A stretch of DNA of 63,822 nt, filler included, from Globobulimina sp. (Eukaryota), in NCBI GenBank assembly GCA_003354225.1. It is 39 parts of 39 records of this genome, joined end to end, with 100 filler letters (N's around TTAATTAATTAA, not from the genome) between each part and the next. Parts side by side here need not be neighbours in the genome. Positions count along the whole stretch, not along the records: positions 45,905 to 47,442 come from PIVH01015120.1; positions 47,543 to 49,080 come from PIVH01015121.1; positions 49,181 to 50,718 come from PIVH01015122.1; positions 50,819 to 52,356 come from PIVH01015123.1; positions 52,457 to 53,994 come from PIVH01015124.1; positions 54,095 to 55,632 come from PIVH01015125.1; positions 55,733 to 57,270 come from PIVH01015126.1; positions 57,371 to 58,908 come from PIVH01015127.1; 31 more parts are not named here. One strand, 5' to 3'. This document shows positions 45,905-58,908 of the stretch, one piece after another. The notes beneath the pieces were generated by a model. It was given only the letters and a program-made list of their open reading frames with translations, made no database searches and was not told the DNA's origin. A program made the translations under genes and the position numbers. How positions within the stretch are numbered: position 1 is the first letter of the stretch; each line of letters opens with the position of its first letter.

Positions 45905-47442
45905 CATGCATTGACAAATAAATATAATGAATGGAAATCAATTGAAATGAAAGAAAATAAAAATGAAAATAATAATAATAAGGAAAGAAAGGATTGTTAT
46001 AAATTATTATTAGCCACAGTATTAAATGCTGAATATGCATTAGATTCACATGATTTGTTATTGCAATGTTCTATGTCAAATATTTTAATAACTAATGGCA
46101 ATATAATCAATATATTGCAATTAAATATCGAGAGTGTATTACAACCATTGTTGCTTGCATTGAAATCGACAAATAAGAGATTGAATTTACAATACAGAGC
46201 TGCACACTCATTGGCATTGGCAATGAAATTATTATCTGATAATCATCAAACACAGATATTAGAAAAGGTATTTAATAGTTTGCTTGCCGATTGCGGGCAG
46301 AATACGCAATATAAAGCTAGAGACAATATACGAATGGTTATACAATGTATTTGTGACCTATTTATGGATGAAAATATATTTGATAAATTATCATTTATTA
46401 TAAATAAAATGAAGAATATATTAATGGATTATGATGATTGTGATTGGATAGCAATGGCGCAAATATTCGCTTGTTTTATATCGAGTATTAAATCAAAAGA
46501 TATTAAAACTAAATATTTGCAACCATTGATTGAAAATGTAATGATTTGCAACACAGTATTTATGATTGAGGATGAGGATGATGTAAATTATGGTATTTGT
46601 GCGCAATCCAGATATTGCATATTACAGTATTTATACCAAGAGCCAAATGTTATTTTACCATTAATTATAAAACAGGTAATACCAAAATTATATTGCGATG
46701 ACATATGTTTTCGATTAGGTGCACTTGAATTAATATGGGACATTTTATACAGTATTGATAATATACAATGTGTTGAAACGGAAATAAAACATAAAAATAT
46801 AAATAAATGTCAACGATATGAGAATTATTCGCAATTAAATGTAAAAGAGAATCAAAAGACATTATTAATGCAAATTCTATCATATTTATCCTCATTAATT
46901 GTCCCATTATTAAGTCAAATGACAGATTTTAATAATAAAATACGTAAACGAGCAAATCAAATATTTTCAATTGCGGTTCGTTTAATTCCGTTGGAACAAG
47001 GTTTAAATCTTGATAATGATAACAAGGACAGGAAGATATTGCAACAATTAATTGATCCATCCGTTATCGATGAATATCAATGTCCATTCCAATATGATGC
47101 AACATTGCGCCATTACCAGCAAGATGGCATAAATTGGCTTTGGTTTTTAAATAAATTCCATCTCCATGGAATATTGGCTGATGATATGGGTTTAGGCAAA
47201 ACATTGCAAACTTTATTAATTATTACGGCATCATATCATATCAATACAAATACAAATACAAATGATCCATTACCGTCATCGTTAATTGTTTGTCCATCCA
47301 CATTAGTTTATCATTGGTTGCATGAAATAAATAAGTTTATTCCAAACTTATTAGTTCCATTTATAATCGATGGGAATCCACGAAAACGGAGAGGTTTATA
47401 TTGTAAATTAAAGGAAGAGAATGGAAATAGCAAAAAAAACAA
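45905..47442 (+). CDS. BTAF1: TBP-associated SNF2 ATPase BTAF1/Mot1, internal fragment
   Basis: HEAT-like region with 'LIVPLLSQMTD..IR..A..IFSIAVRLIPLE', then LRHYQQDGINWL, GILADDMGLGKTLQ and LIVCPSTLVYHW. Confidence 0.9.
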
Positions 47443-47542
47443 NNNNNNNNNNNNNNNNNNNNNNNNNNNNNNNNNNNNNNNNNNNNTTAATTAATTAANN
47501 NNNNNNNNNNNNNNNNNNNNNNNNNNNNNNNNNNNNNNNNNN

Positions 47543-49080
47543 TGGTCGAGTTCCTATAATATGATGATCTTTGTATTCGAACTGTGTTTATTAATGATAA
47601 AATATAAGATTTATATAAAATTTATTTGGCTTCCTTCGGCCTTTAATTTTTTACCAGACCGACTGTCCCGTTTTAAAATGGACGAATTCAATGAATTATG
47701 TACTACGTTTAATTTAAAATTAGCTGAAACGACACCGGATTATTTTGGTCGCTATGAATTTGCAAATAATCCATTAATGCAATATGAAAATGATATGATC
47801 GAATATGCGAATTTCATTAAGTGGTTAAAACAACCGCTAAATATTAGAGCCGTTTCACCGTATAAATATTATATGGATATTTAATAAATTATAAGTTTCA
47901 TTGCTTTAATATATGATTTATCGCTTAATTTAATGTTTAAACATATTTTTATTCTCAATCCAGTTAAATTGCATTACTCTTTCTATTTAAAATTCATTTT
48001 TACAGTCATTTGCTATTTTAAATATTACTTATTAATTATGTATAAATTCAATATACTAAAATTTATCTTTTTCAATATTGTTCATAAATTTTAAATTCTA
48101 ATGTTTCCATTGGCCTCCTCAGTTCAGTTAATTGTCCTTTCCATCTATGGACTGCAACTATTAACTGTCTAATCTTTCTGTTTCTGTGCTCGTGTCACGC
48201 TCCCCTTATTAGGGAAGTAAAGTGACTAAAAAAGTTCGAGCTAAATTTGTAAAAAACCTTCGAAACTCTAATGAAACCCAACAAGCTTTAAACAATTACA
48301 TATTAATATTGTCTCTTGTTAATCGTTCTGGGCATTACTGTTTATCATTTTTGTCTTTCTATTTTTCTGAAATTTTATAAACTTTTAAATTTAATTACAA
48401 ACAATCAAATTTTGTTTTGAATTTTTATATATATTTATGTGTGTTTTATAGAATTCTTTCACAAACGATTAGCATCAAATCGCATTGCCCCCAAAGATGC
48501 AAAAAATACAAAACATATTCAAAAAATTAGATGTAGAGACAAAGTACATTTAACCAAAATACATTACATATCAAATCTACGAAACTGGTCCAAATACTGT
48601 GCACATATTGATGAAGATCCATTTAGTATGCCATTGGACCCCTTAACTGTAACATATTGGTTTTCTGAAAGAGCACTCCAATTAGGAAGTGTTCAATCAA
48701 TTTGTGCTTGGCAATCAACATTGGTTTGGTTGTGTAAATTATGCGGAGGTAATACATTATGGAAAACCGACATAGATTTTGATGATTTTAAGAAAGGTTT
48801 AAAAATTGAATATTGGAAAGACGCAGAAAGCAGACTCCCGTTCGATGTATCTCACTTAATAAAATATACAAAATTATATAAAGCATATGGAAAACACTTA
48901 GCATCGATAGATATTGATAATTTGTTAAAAGTATTAATCGCTCAAATTTATTTTTGCACTATGTCCAGGCCATGCGAATTATTATTAAATAAATCAAGCA
49001 AATCCAAATTCGGAGTAAAACTGGAAAATGTATTTCATATAAATACAGATCCAAACAAATTAAATTGGTACAGTAGTGTT
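47543..49080 (+). mobile_element. DIRS-like tyrosine-recombinase retrotransposon fragment (RNase H end plus YR start)
   Basis: 47543-47884 'IKFIWLPSAFNFLPDRLSR' matches the DIRS-type RNase H end (N..AD.LSR). 48439-49080 has a SAM-like 'YISNLRNWSKYC' and YR box I 'MSRPCELL'. Confidence 0.75.
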
Positions 49081-50855
49081 NNNNNNNNNNNNNNNNNNNN
49101 NNNNNNNNNNNNNNNNNNNNNNNNTTAATTAATTAANNNNNNNNNNNNNNNNNNNNNNNNNNNNNNNNNNNNNNNNNNNNTTTTAAAAAAACCGAGAGCG
49201 CTACCACCAATCATTTTCGATCAGCTATCCAACGAGCCAGCGATCATCTCGATCGGTCCGACAGTTTTCTCAAACATTAACCTGAACCACACACAGACAA
49301 CCCCCCTCCGTATGTATAAGTAGAGAAGATAGTTTAAAACTACGCTAATTGATAAAATGTGGCTCAAATTTTGGAGTCTATAAAATGAGGCTTGATATTC
49401 GGTAACGATTATGAAGCCTCCTAAGATCTTCATCCACATCGCATTGTACGATTAACCATCCATCATTAGGTATATTGTAAGGGACTGTCTGTACAATAAT
49501 TTTACTTCATAAATGCATTAAAATACGAATGTGAATTAGTTCTTGCAACAAACACTAATATACAGGTCAAGATCATTATGACCACATGATGGACAGTGTT
49601 TCTGTATACTGCTTTCACCCCATCGTGCCCATTTTGAGTAGACTGAACTGAAACTGTGAATAATGACAGCAAGTTGATGTCCATCGATAGCAGTGAATCC
49701 AGGGGGACAGACACCACTCTTCCAAATACAGTACTTGTGTGATCGAACCCAACCTAAAGTATATAAAGGCTATTATCTTAGTACTACTAGAGATTACTTC
49801 TGATCGATATCTCAAAAGAAACCTCGTGGACACAAAACACAACAAACAAAACCTACCCATAGCATTGACATCATTTCGGACAGCAGTTATTCTTGTGTTT
49901 CCTGACGTTATCAAAGTATTGAGTTGAGCTTTGGCAGTATTAAGCTCAGCTTTATATTGGTTTGTTAGTTTTGTTTCAAGTTCGTTCGTTTTCTGATTAA
50001 TACTGCCATCCAGTTCTGTTTTAGCTTTAGCTGAAAAAAATATTTAGAAAATGTATGGAGATTTTGTTTTCGGGAGAGAAGAGAAAAACAATTTGATAGC
50101 AGACTTTTTACACAACTTTTCAGAAGAAAAATACCGTAAACAACATGGATAAAGTACCGTACCAATACAACATTAAAGTAAGTTTGCAATAGGTTTTACT
50201 CATCATTGCAAATTTTTGTCTTCTATACGCCTGTAGCCGGTTTTTTCCAGCCTGAGCGAAGTAACTTGTGGTTGGGCGAGCATATAAGGCTTATACAGCC
50301 CAGGAAAAAGTAGTTTTGGGAGCCCCCACTCATTTCACATACCCAGGTTAGTTTTATCTATATTAGCTTCTTCTTTCACTTTATTTATTTCATTTTGAAA
50401 TTGGTTCAACTGTTGATCCCAAGCCTTAGCAGTGACTAAAAAGTTATTTTGCTACAATTTTTGATATTTATTGACATTTGTTCTTTCTTTATACCTTTGC
50501 AGTTTTCATTTTCGCTTTCTCCTTCCAAAATTTGGAGTTTAGCTTTTCCATCAACTTTGACCTTTTGCGACTGTACAGATGCCACCGTGAGTGTTGTGTC
50601 TGAGCTCAATTTATTGAGATTCACTCGACTTAGACTCATGGGTTTTACCTGAAAATAGAAGATGCTTAATTGATTTTGTGATATATTTTGGAAATGAATT
50701 GTAATGTAAATATTTAAANNNNNNNNNNNNNNNNNNNNNNNNNNNNNNNNNNNNNNNNNNNNTTAATTAATTAANNNNNNNNNNNNNNNNNNNNNNNNNN
50801 NNNNNNNNNNNNNNNNNNTGCTAAATTTAAGAAAAATGCTATCTAATAGACAAAT

Positions 50856-50930
50856 TTACATTGTCATCCCGCCATCAACCGCAATAACTTGTCCGGTAAT
50901 ATAATCTGCGAGTGAACTGCATAAAAATGC
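50856..50930 (-). CDS. Terminal exon of a FabG-like short-chain dehydrogenase
   Basis: cag|AFLCSSLADYITGQVIAVDGGMTM-TAA, preceded by a pyrimidine-rich acceptor region. Confidence 0.8.
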   Translation of the reverse strand, partial: AFLCSSLADYITGQVIAVDGGMTM

Positions 50931-51063
50931 CTGTTCGAATCACAAGGAAAATCATACACAAAATATATAATTACAAAACAAGAAACGAAAACTCTTCAAA
51001 AACATATATAAATTATAAAATATTTTTGATTTAATATGAGATTTTTTCTGTTTAAATAACTAA

Positions 51064-52314
51064 TTATTTAAACATTTTTACGCCACAATTAAACAAATCA
51101 TTTTTAAAATAATTATAATCCGTATTAACCTTATCACATTTTTTCCATTTTGGTTTATTTTCACGCAAATCACAATATTTATGACTTATTGATCTTTCTC
51201 GATCGCGCGAATGTAGCACATACAAAATGTTGGATTTATATGGATCTAACCATAATTGCTGTTGATTTAGACTGAATATCTCAGCTTGAGAGCACTTGCA
51301 GATTCTTTTCCATTTCTCCTTATTCAAATCATACATCGCAGTGTAATTCAGCGAGTTTGTCTGATATATTCTGTGTCTTATCCTGTCATAACATGTTCTA
51401 ATCTGAATAGGGTCGTCCATATGCACCATGTCATAGGCATAGGAACCTACGGATTTGAGATACTGTGCCGTTGGGATTGCTATATTCTTAGTAAAATCAA
51501 ACAAAGCACACAAATATGTCGTACGCGAGATCATAAATACTTTATTCAGATCGGATAAATATAACGAATGCAATGGTCCTGATCCGAATAAAGTGTCCAT
51601 ATTCGAGTTAATATTGATTTGTTTGAATTTAAAATTGTTTTTCTGATTCAATTTGATATTTGAAAATCGCAACTGATAAATTTGAAGACCACTTCCATAA
51701 ATTATGCCGTTTTTATGTCCACAGAATATGAGGTCTTTGGTCAAATAATCCCTCATATTCATTGCGCTCAATTTTGCAGATCGCAGTTCATACTCAAATT
51801 TATTTTGGTGGTAATTCATTAAATAATCTGTTTGGTAGTACATATGAGATTGGTCAAACAGTAATAATGTGGAATAATAACTGTTGCATTCATTGGATTT
51901 ATTTTGCAATATCTGGGCAAATATCGCATTGTATATTTTATTGTTTTTCTGTTTGGGGGTTTTAATGCAATGCGAGATATTTGGTATAAAACAGAAGGAT
52001 GAACCAAACGATTTACGTTTGAATTTACTTAAACCAATTCTTGAAACTGTCATGTTCACTGTGTCTAATATGCCAAATTCACTCCAATTGTTTGAATAAT
52101 TTATTTTGTGAATAAATAAAACAATTGTGCTCCAATAGTAATTATAGCAAACAATATATATTTCATTTGGAATTATTAATTCCTGTCTTTCTAATGATTT
52201 TTGTATCGCATTGATGTAGCCAGACACAATCAATTCTTGTATATCTGCTGTTTCCCTCAGTTTGTTCAATTGAGAGTCTGTATTCCAAGACGACATGTTT
52301 GCTACCAAATTCAT
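51064..52314 (-). CDS. Divergent Kelch/beta-propeller-like protein
   Basis: N-terminal 'LIVSGYI...IIPNEIYIVCYNYY' motif, then repeats such as YDLNKEKW and DLRENKPKW. Complete and intronless. Confidence 0.6.
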   Translation of the reverse strand: MNLVANMSSWNTDSQLNKLRETADIQELIVSGYINAIQKSLERQELIIPNEIYIVCYNYYWSTIVLFIHKINYSNNWSEFGILDTVNMTVSRIGLSKFKRKSFGSSFCFIPNISHCIKTPKQKNNKIYNAIFAQILQNKSNECNSYYSTLLLFDQSHMYYQTDYLMNYHQNKFEYELRSAKLSAMNMRDYLTKDLIFCGHKNGIIYGSGLQIYQLRFSNIKLNQKNNFKFKQININSNMDTLFGSGPLHSLYLSDLNKVFMISRTTYLCALFDFTKNIAIPTAQYLKSVGSYAYDMVHMDDPIQIRTCYDRIRHRIYQTNSLNYTAMYDLNKEKWKRICKCSQAEIFSLNQQQLWLDPYKSNILYVLHSRDRERSISHKYCDLRENKPKWKKCDKVNTDYNYFKNDLFNCGVKMFK

Positions 52315-52456
52315 TCCAAAACTTCGTTTTTTTTGTGGGTTTAGCTTGGATCCGATNNNNNNNNNNNNNNNNNNNNNNNNNNNNNNNNNNNNNNNNNNNN
52401 TTAATTAATTAANNNNNNNNNNNNNNNNNNNNNNNNNNNNNNNNNNNNNNNNNNNN

Positions 52457-53800
52457 CGTAAACACACTAGTACTAAACTTGATATCTGTAAATGCAAATT
52501 TTTCATTATTGCCATCTAATATGGGCGTAGAGAGAGTGTCCATCTTTTTTGGCGTTTTCGATTTTGATTTCGATTTAGATATTGGTGAATTTGAGGTATT
52601 ATGGTCAGATTCCACTACGTTTGGTGGCAATTGTTTATGTTCTCGCGAAGTATGCGAAGCCCGGGGAGTGTTTGGCGGAGCATCGCGGCCATCCGGTGCC
52701 AAACCCAATATTTCGATGGCTTTCGTGGTTTGGTCGACTGAATGTTGGGTCGCCATGTGATGTTTAGCTGCAACATGTAAATTACTAATGTTGCGTTTCT
52801 GTGCATCATTTACGATTTCTTGGTAATTTAAAAAAAAATAAGCATCGATTTTATTTTTTTCAGTGAACGATATGTTGATTGTATGCAGTGAATCATCTGT
52901 CACATATTTACAATGCAAAGCATACAATTGATCTTTTAATTTTTTATTTACATTTAATAGCTCGCTCCGTGGTAAACCCATTGGGAAGCTTACTTTTCCC
53001 CATATTTCTTGGTTAGAGTTCAAAATATATGATTCAACCAAAGGTGCATCATTTGAAGATAACATTGCATTGGAATCTTGCGGATCTATTTGCAATGTAT
53101 CTCCATTGTAATTGCGTGATATATTATATTCGTGCTTTACCTGTGAGTAATGTCAAAAAGTAGCAATGTACAGATTTTCATATTATGAATGTGTAGAAAC
53201 ATAGAAACGTATAAAGAACAAAAAACAGACAAATATATACCTGGATAAGTTCCAATACAAAGAGCAAATTTTCAGTACAGAATTCATTCACTAAATGGTT
53301 CATAAAGAGAGTGAATCCCTTTTTATATGAAATAACCGTCAACATATCAGCTAAACTGTTTTGGTGTGGTTTGGCTGTTTTTGATGCAGTGGCAGTGGGC
53401 GTAGACGCAGTAGCAATGTCGCTGAAACTTGGCATATTATTCATATTCATATGAGATGACAAAGCTTTTTCATGCAAAAGCTTTTTATGCAAATATATTG
53501 GGTACGAGGTGGATATGAAGGACATTAAGAATAAAGTAATGCAGCTGATATTAATTGCAATTAACCAATCGATCCGCTGTGTAAATCTATATTTTATTTG
53601 AATGAATAATTGGATGAAATGAATTATCATAATGACAAACATAACCATGTCTCGCAAAACCAACAATGGATATCGTTACCAAAGATATTCAAAAATGCAA
53701 AATTTGAATGTCAAAAGCAAAATATAGCATACTGGAAGTTGACAGTCAATCAATGTTTGAATAAAAGTCAAGATACTCTCTCAATTTCGAGTGAATCACA
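52457..53800 (-). CDS. Transmembrane-anchored RGS protein (TM-RGS), partial or degraded
   Basis: TM helices followed by GFTLFMNHLVNEFCTENLLFVLE; next exon LHCKYV....TINIS...K. Confidence 0.8.
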
Positions 53801-54094
53801 AACGACTGAATCGTCTATAATTTAAAACAAACGTTTTGTTCCAATTACTGTTTTCTTTTTTTTTTAGTATATTATCTAGTTTTTGTTGCGTATAATCCAT
53901 AACTTGTAAGGATCCTTACATTTGGGACATGGATACATCCACACACACACACGGAAGATGGTGATCACTTCCTCTTTAGTTACAACAGTTGAGTNNNNNN
54001 NNNNNNNNNNNNNNNNNNNNNNNNNNNNNNNNNNNNNNTTAATTAATTAANNNNNNNNNNNNNNNNNNNNNNNNNNNNNNNNNNNNNNNNNNNN

Positions 54095-55632
54095 TAATGA
54101 ACCACATCGATGTTGACGTTTTCATGTATTGGCGACTCCCACAGCAAAACACGTAAAGTAACATTGGTCGTATAATCCACATTTGTTTCATGGTCAGTTT
54201 CTGTTACATATTTCACGCCATCTAAAGTATACAATTTGAGTGTGAAATCAGTGCATGTTCTGGAAAATGCGAATGAAATTTTATAATATTGTCCAGGCGT
54301 CACCTCTTTGAGGCTGAATTCGTACAAAGTATCTGGGAATTTGTAATATTGAATGGCATCATGCTGACCGTAGGCATATAATTTAGTGGATTGAATGTCT
54401 AAATTATCAGATATTGCGTCATAATCAAAGGCGCCATTAACAATAAAACCAGTGGATATAAAATCAAATCCTGTGTTAATTGCTATTTCTATGGATACGT
54501 TATCACTGTTAAATATATCACATGTCTGATTGATGAAATCTATGGATAATATACCTTCGTCATATTGATCGCAATTATCATATAAATATTTATTTAAACT
54601 GTAGTAGTTTTCAGCAAATAAGTCTGAGGCATTGGGTGCCATATAAATATCGCATGAATCGTTGAAATTATTGTCCATATAATATAGCAATACATCGTCT
54701 GAGAGATCCTGGTCCCAATATTCCACGTTAAAATAATAGGTGCTGCTCATATTAATATTTACATATTCATCTAAAGGATGTGACAATGATCGCTTACTCC
54801 GCAAATTAACAATGGGATAAGTATTTGCTTTTGATATTGCAGAGAATGTTTGACTTTGACTTTGATTCGAGTCATAATCAGAAACGGTTATTTTTACTTT
54901 GTCGGCGTAGTATGCGAATATTGTAAGTTGCTCAATATCATAATACCATTTATACCACGCCTCATTATTTCGTATCGCTGCATTATTACATTCAAACACT
55001 TTGGTAAATACATCATTTGCAGCACCAATTGATTTTAAATGTGCCGTTGGTGTATCGCACATATTCACATATTCATCATTCCAAAATGTATGATATGAGT
55101 CTAGACATTCAGGAAATTGTGTTTTCGCACCATATTCATCTAAATATAAGGAAAGCCATTCGGTGCTGTACGAATAAGCGAATCTATTTGGAATTGGATA
55201 CTTACAAAATCCATCGACTCCATTACTGCCGTTAATAAATCCATTTTCGTTTTGTGTCTGAGATTCAATTTCTTTGTACAGAACATCAAAATTAAATTGT
55301 TTTACACGTCCTTTTATTGTCAGCTGTGAGGTTCTGTTGGCTTCAAATTCGAATTCCATTGCTGTTGTATTTAAATCATGGATAATATTTTCAAAATGTA
55401 CACTAGTATGGATTGAATTAGTTAATGTCTCATCAGATAAATCTTCAATCATTATATTAGTCGAAAATGCATTCATTTGAGAGTACTCTTTCTGGAAATC
55501 AGTTAATCCATAATATCCATCTCCGGATCCACTAATTTGAGTAACACTTACAGCAAAATCCAAAATTTCAAAATTGTCATCATCTGAAAATACAATCTCA
55601 TACGTTGCATACATATCACGCACATCTAACTC
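54095..55632 (-). CDS. Large acidic, Tyr/Cys-containing extracellular-type protein, internal fragment
   Basis: ORF over 500 aa spanning the contig, rich in N-x-S/T sequons; no family recognised. Confidence 0.55.
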
Positions 55633-55732
55633 NNNNNNNNNNNNNNNNNNNNNNNNNNNNNNNNNNNNNNNNNNNNTTAATTAATTAANNNNNNNNNNNN
55701 NNNNNNNNNNNNNNNNNNNNNNNNNNNNNNNN

Positions 55733-56079
55733 ATAGAAATGTTAATAACAATATTAATATTAATGCAAATAATACACAAAATAATTGGAATAGAAATGCG
55801 AATAATAATATGAATGTAAATAATAATATGAATATGAACAAACAGAATGGGAATGTGAATAATGTGAATAGTATGAATGCGAATGGACAGAATGCAGCGA
55901 ATGCGAATATAAAATGTGTGTCGACCATACTGGAGGCAAAGGAGTTAAATGTGCAAAATAAGGAGGCGTACTTAGCGGATCACCTATTTTTGCAAGTTTT
56001 TGAAATGAGCAAACAGGAATTTTATGCATTGCGACCATGGAAACAAAAAAAATTGAAAAGAAATACTGGCTTCTGGTGA
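55733..56079 (+). CDS. Asn-rich protein ending in a villin headpiece domain
   Basis: KEAYLADHLFLQVFEMSKQEFYALRPWKQKKLKRNTGFW*. Confidence 0.88.
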
Positions 56080-56615
56080 ATTTTTAGTATTTATATACAT
56101 AGTTAGTGTTTTATAGACATTTTTTATGATACAGTATCAACTTTTTTTTTTCATTTCTTTTGTGATTATGGAAGTCCTTTGTTTGTTAGATTGTAATTAT
56201 ATGTTTTGTGTATGCTCTGTGTTGAAGAATTGAATTTTATTTATTGTATTGCAATAATAGTAAAAGGTTGCTTCACAGTCTTCATTCCCGCAGCGCAATA
56301 TTTCCATCCTCGCACTCAACTGAGTAGTTTTTATTTGCTGAAAAATCTTTTTTTATTAATTTATGAAATGCAGCTGAATTCCAACCAGAATTAACAGTAC
56401 AAATCACAGAGCGAACGCAAAATAAATATACAATCTGAATCATGTCAGCATCATTCCCACCATTGATGTTTTCCATGGAGGAATTAGTGTATGTCCAGAT
56501 ATCCACAATACTGTACATGCATGCAACACAAACTCATAATCATCCCTCATAACATAATCCATATACCATTTTATACCACAATACAAAAAGAGGCGTAGTT
56601 AAATTAATAATCCAG

Positions 56616-57270
56616 ATGGAATCAGCCGTGGCGGCAGATAACAATCACAATCTACGAAACAATAAAAATAAGAAGCATGGAAAGAACGGCTATCACAAAC
56701 GTGGCAAATACGGCAAACACAAACACGCCAAACATAAGCACCCCAAAAACGACAAACATGGCCGCGAACCGCCCAATATCCAACGTTGGATCTCCCGCCG
56801 CAACAAACGCGACATCTTATTCTTATTGGCGTCCATCTCTGGCGTCAAAATGAAGATATATTCCCTACCAATCTCGTCCAAGTTGAAGGGCATGAAAACA
56901 GAGAAAAACAAGCACAAAAAGAGCGGCAAATTGACCGTGTTACGCGAGCGAGTGTGCAGAGTGTCTATGGATGGCAAATATCTCTCGATGGGCGAGGACT
57001 GCATCAATTTGGACAGTCGCTTGGAGATCTCGTTGGGAGTGGACATGTGTTACAACAATGTACGAATCATCCTGAAACAGTTGGGACTGTACACGTATTA
57101 TAGCAATCACTACGACTCGTCGTCGGCCACCACGCCCTCTTCATCCTCGTATGATTCTATTACTGATGAAATAATCAAAAATGCACGATTTAATCATAGA
57201 TTATCCGGCAGTGATAAGTTAAAACCAAAGCATTGTATCACTGTCCACAACCCGGCCACGGCGAGGACAT
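56616..57270 (+). CDS. Basic His/Lys-rich N-terminus plus possible PH-like domain, 3' partial
   Basis: Strand pattern GVKMKIY..RERVCRVSMDGKYLS..LEISLG..HCITVH. Confidence 0.4.
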
Positions 57271-57418
57271 NNNNNNNNNNNNNNNNNNNNNNNNNNNNNN
57301 NNNNNNNNNNNNNNTTAATTAATTAANNNNNNNNNNNNNNNNNNNNNNNNNNNNNNNNNNNNNNNNNNNNTTTTGTATATTATGTGTTCAATAACTTCAG
57401 TTTTAACTTTTTTCCACA

Positions 57419-58908
57419 ATGCTTTCCTTTTGCATATTTATTGTGCTTTTCTTGTTGCTAAAAGCCGAAGATTGCCCACCTTCGATTGACACATATTGTT
57501 TAGAGGGAAGAGATGGATTCAATTCCGTTATCAACGGAGAATATGTGTATGAAGGATGTTAACGTTATAATTCCATGTCATATTTCAGAAATCAATACAG
57601 TAATACAATGAATTTGTATGCTTATTTTTTGGATGCAGACACCGTATTAATCGGAGAGGATTACACCACATCAAGTGCCTATGCTCACTGTGCTGCCACG
57701 TCGTTGATAGATTGTAATCAACATTGGATTGTTTATGGTGGTTAATATTGGGAATCAGAACCAGATTCTTCTATATATTTCGGATCCGATTGTGACTATG
57801 GTATAAAATACGTATACTGTACATTTTTAATCTGTGTTTGTAAACAAATATATATTCAGAACACAACTCACCAGAATTATGTACAGAATCGACAGAAGTT
57901 TCCATTCCCGTCGCGTTTGACAGTGAAGACCTCTCTGCAATTTACGTTGTAATCGGTTGTTACGACGGTATGCCGCATTTAAAAAGGGATTTATTGGATG
58001 GCAGCAGTAGCAGTCTATACGTGTATTATAATCGTGACAATGCTATGTATTATATATCAGAATCATTGGCTGATCCAAGTAACGTCAAAGCAGAATGCAA
58101 TTTAAATAACTTACCACTCGATCGGAATGGAAGTTGTTTGTTTGTTCAATCCGATCGATGTCGAACACGAAGTAACATTAACTTTTGAGATTGATGAAGA
58201 TAAATTTGATTATTTTTATGTTGGTTTGGCATTGGCAGCTCTTCATTTTATTGGGTGCATAGTCGCGGTATGTCTCGGCGTAAAAGCAGCTAAACCAACA
58301 AATATCGAGCAACAGATTGCCAGCAACAAAGCAACCAACACAGAAATTGAAATGCACGAAATTCAGATGCAACAAAAAAAGCAAAATGTTGATTCTGAGT
58401 CGGACAATGTTCCAATTCCAACAACAAAATGCACAGCGACATTTACTGCAAAATGTATATTTGTGTTTTTGATATATGATTATTACACTGATATTGTATT
58501 ACCAATCAGTTGGTTGCCATGTTATGGATTTAATAATCTCTGTCCTATAAATTATAGTCAGTACGCAATCCCATTATTAATTTTTTCAAGCATTGCCTTC
58601 GTTGTTGGCGTCTTTGCGCATTGTTATTCTGTGTATAATTCGTATTTGGTAAATAAGCGTCTTTCTTATGAGTCATTGACTGATTTAAAACAGGATAAAG
58701 TGAATAAATATGCATTGACCAAAATGAAATTGGAATAACTGACTTAAAATGGAGAGTAGCGTATTATTCCAGTTGTGTCGGCTTTATGTTTGGCGGAATG
58801 CTGTTAATACGCAAAAATATTATGACTGCACGCACTTCGCCTAACAAATGGAAAACTGCTTTAGTTGGTGTTGTGGTGGCAGCTGGATTTGGTTTGCCAT
58901 TGTATGGA
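57419..58908 (+). pseudogene. Disrupted gene for a Cys-rich secreted/membrane protein
   Basis: Signal peptide MLSFCIFIVLFLLLKA, two in-frame TAA codons in exon 1, an in-phase intron (~57802-57859), a frameshift near 58140 and further stops. Confidence 0.6.

Noticed and set aside
49181-50717. Fragmented minus-strand coding-like sequence, possibly a decayed transposase
   Set aside because: Many stops and no diagnostic motif found.
57419-57801. In-frame TAA codons suggesting UAA reassignment, tempting alongside the TTA-containing tRNA-like loop at 43078
   Set aside because: The same gene also has a frameshift and other stops. Conserved genes end at TAA (GST 16652, SDR 50856, G-alpha 34820), and long conserved ORFs contain no internal TAA.
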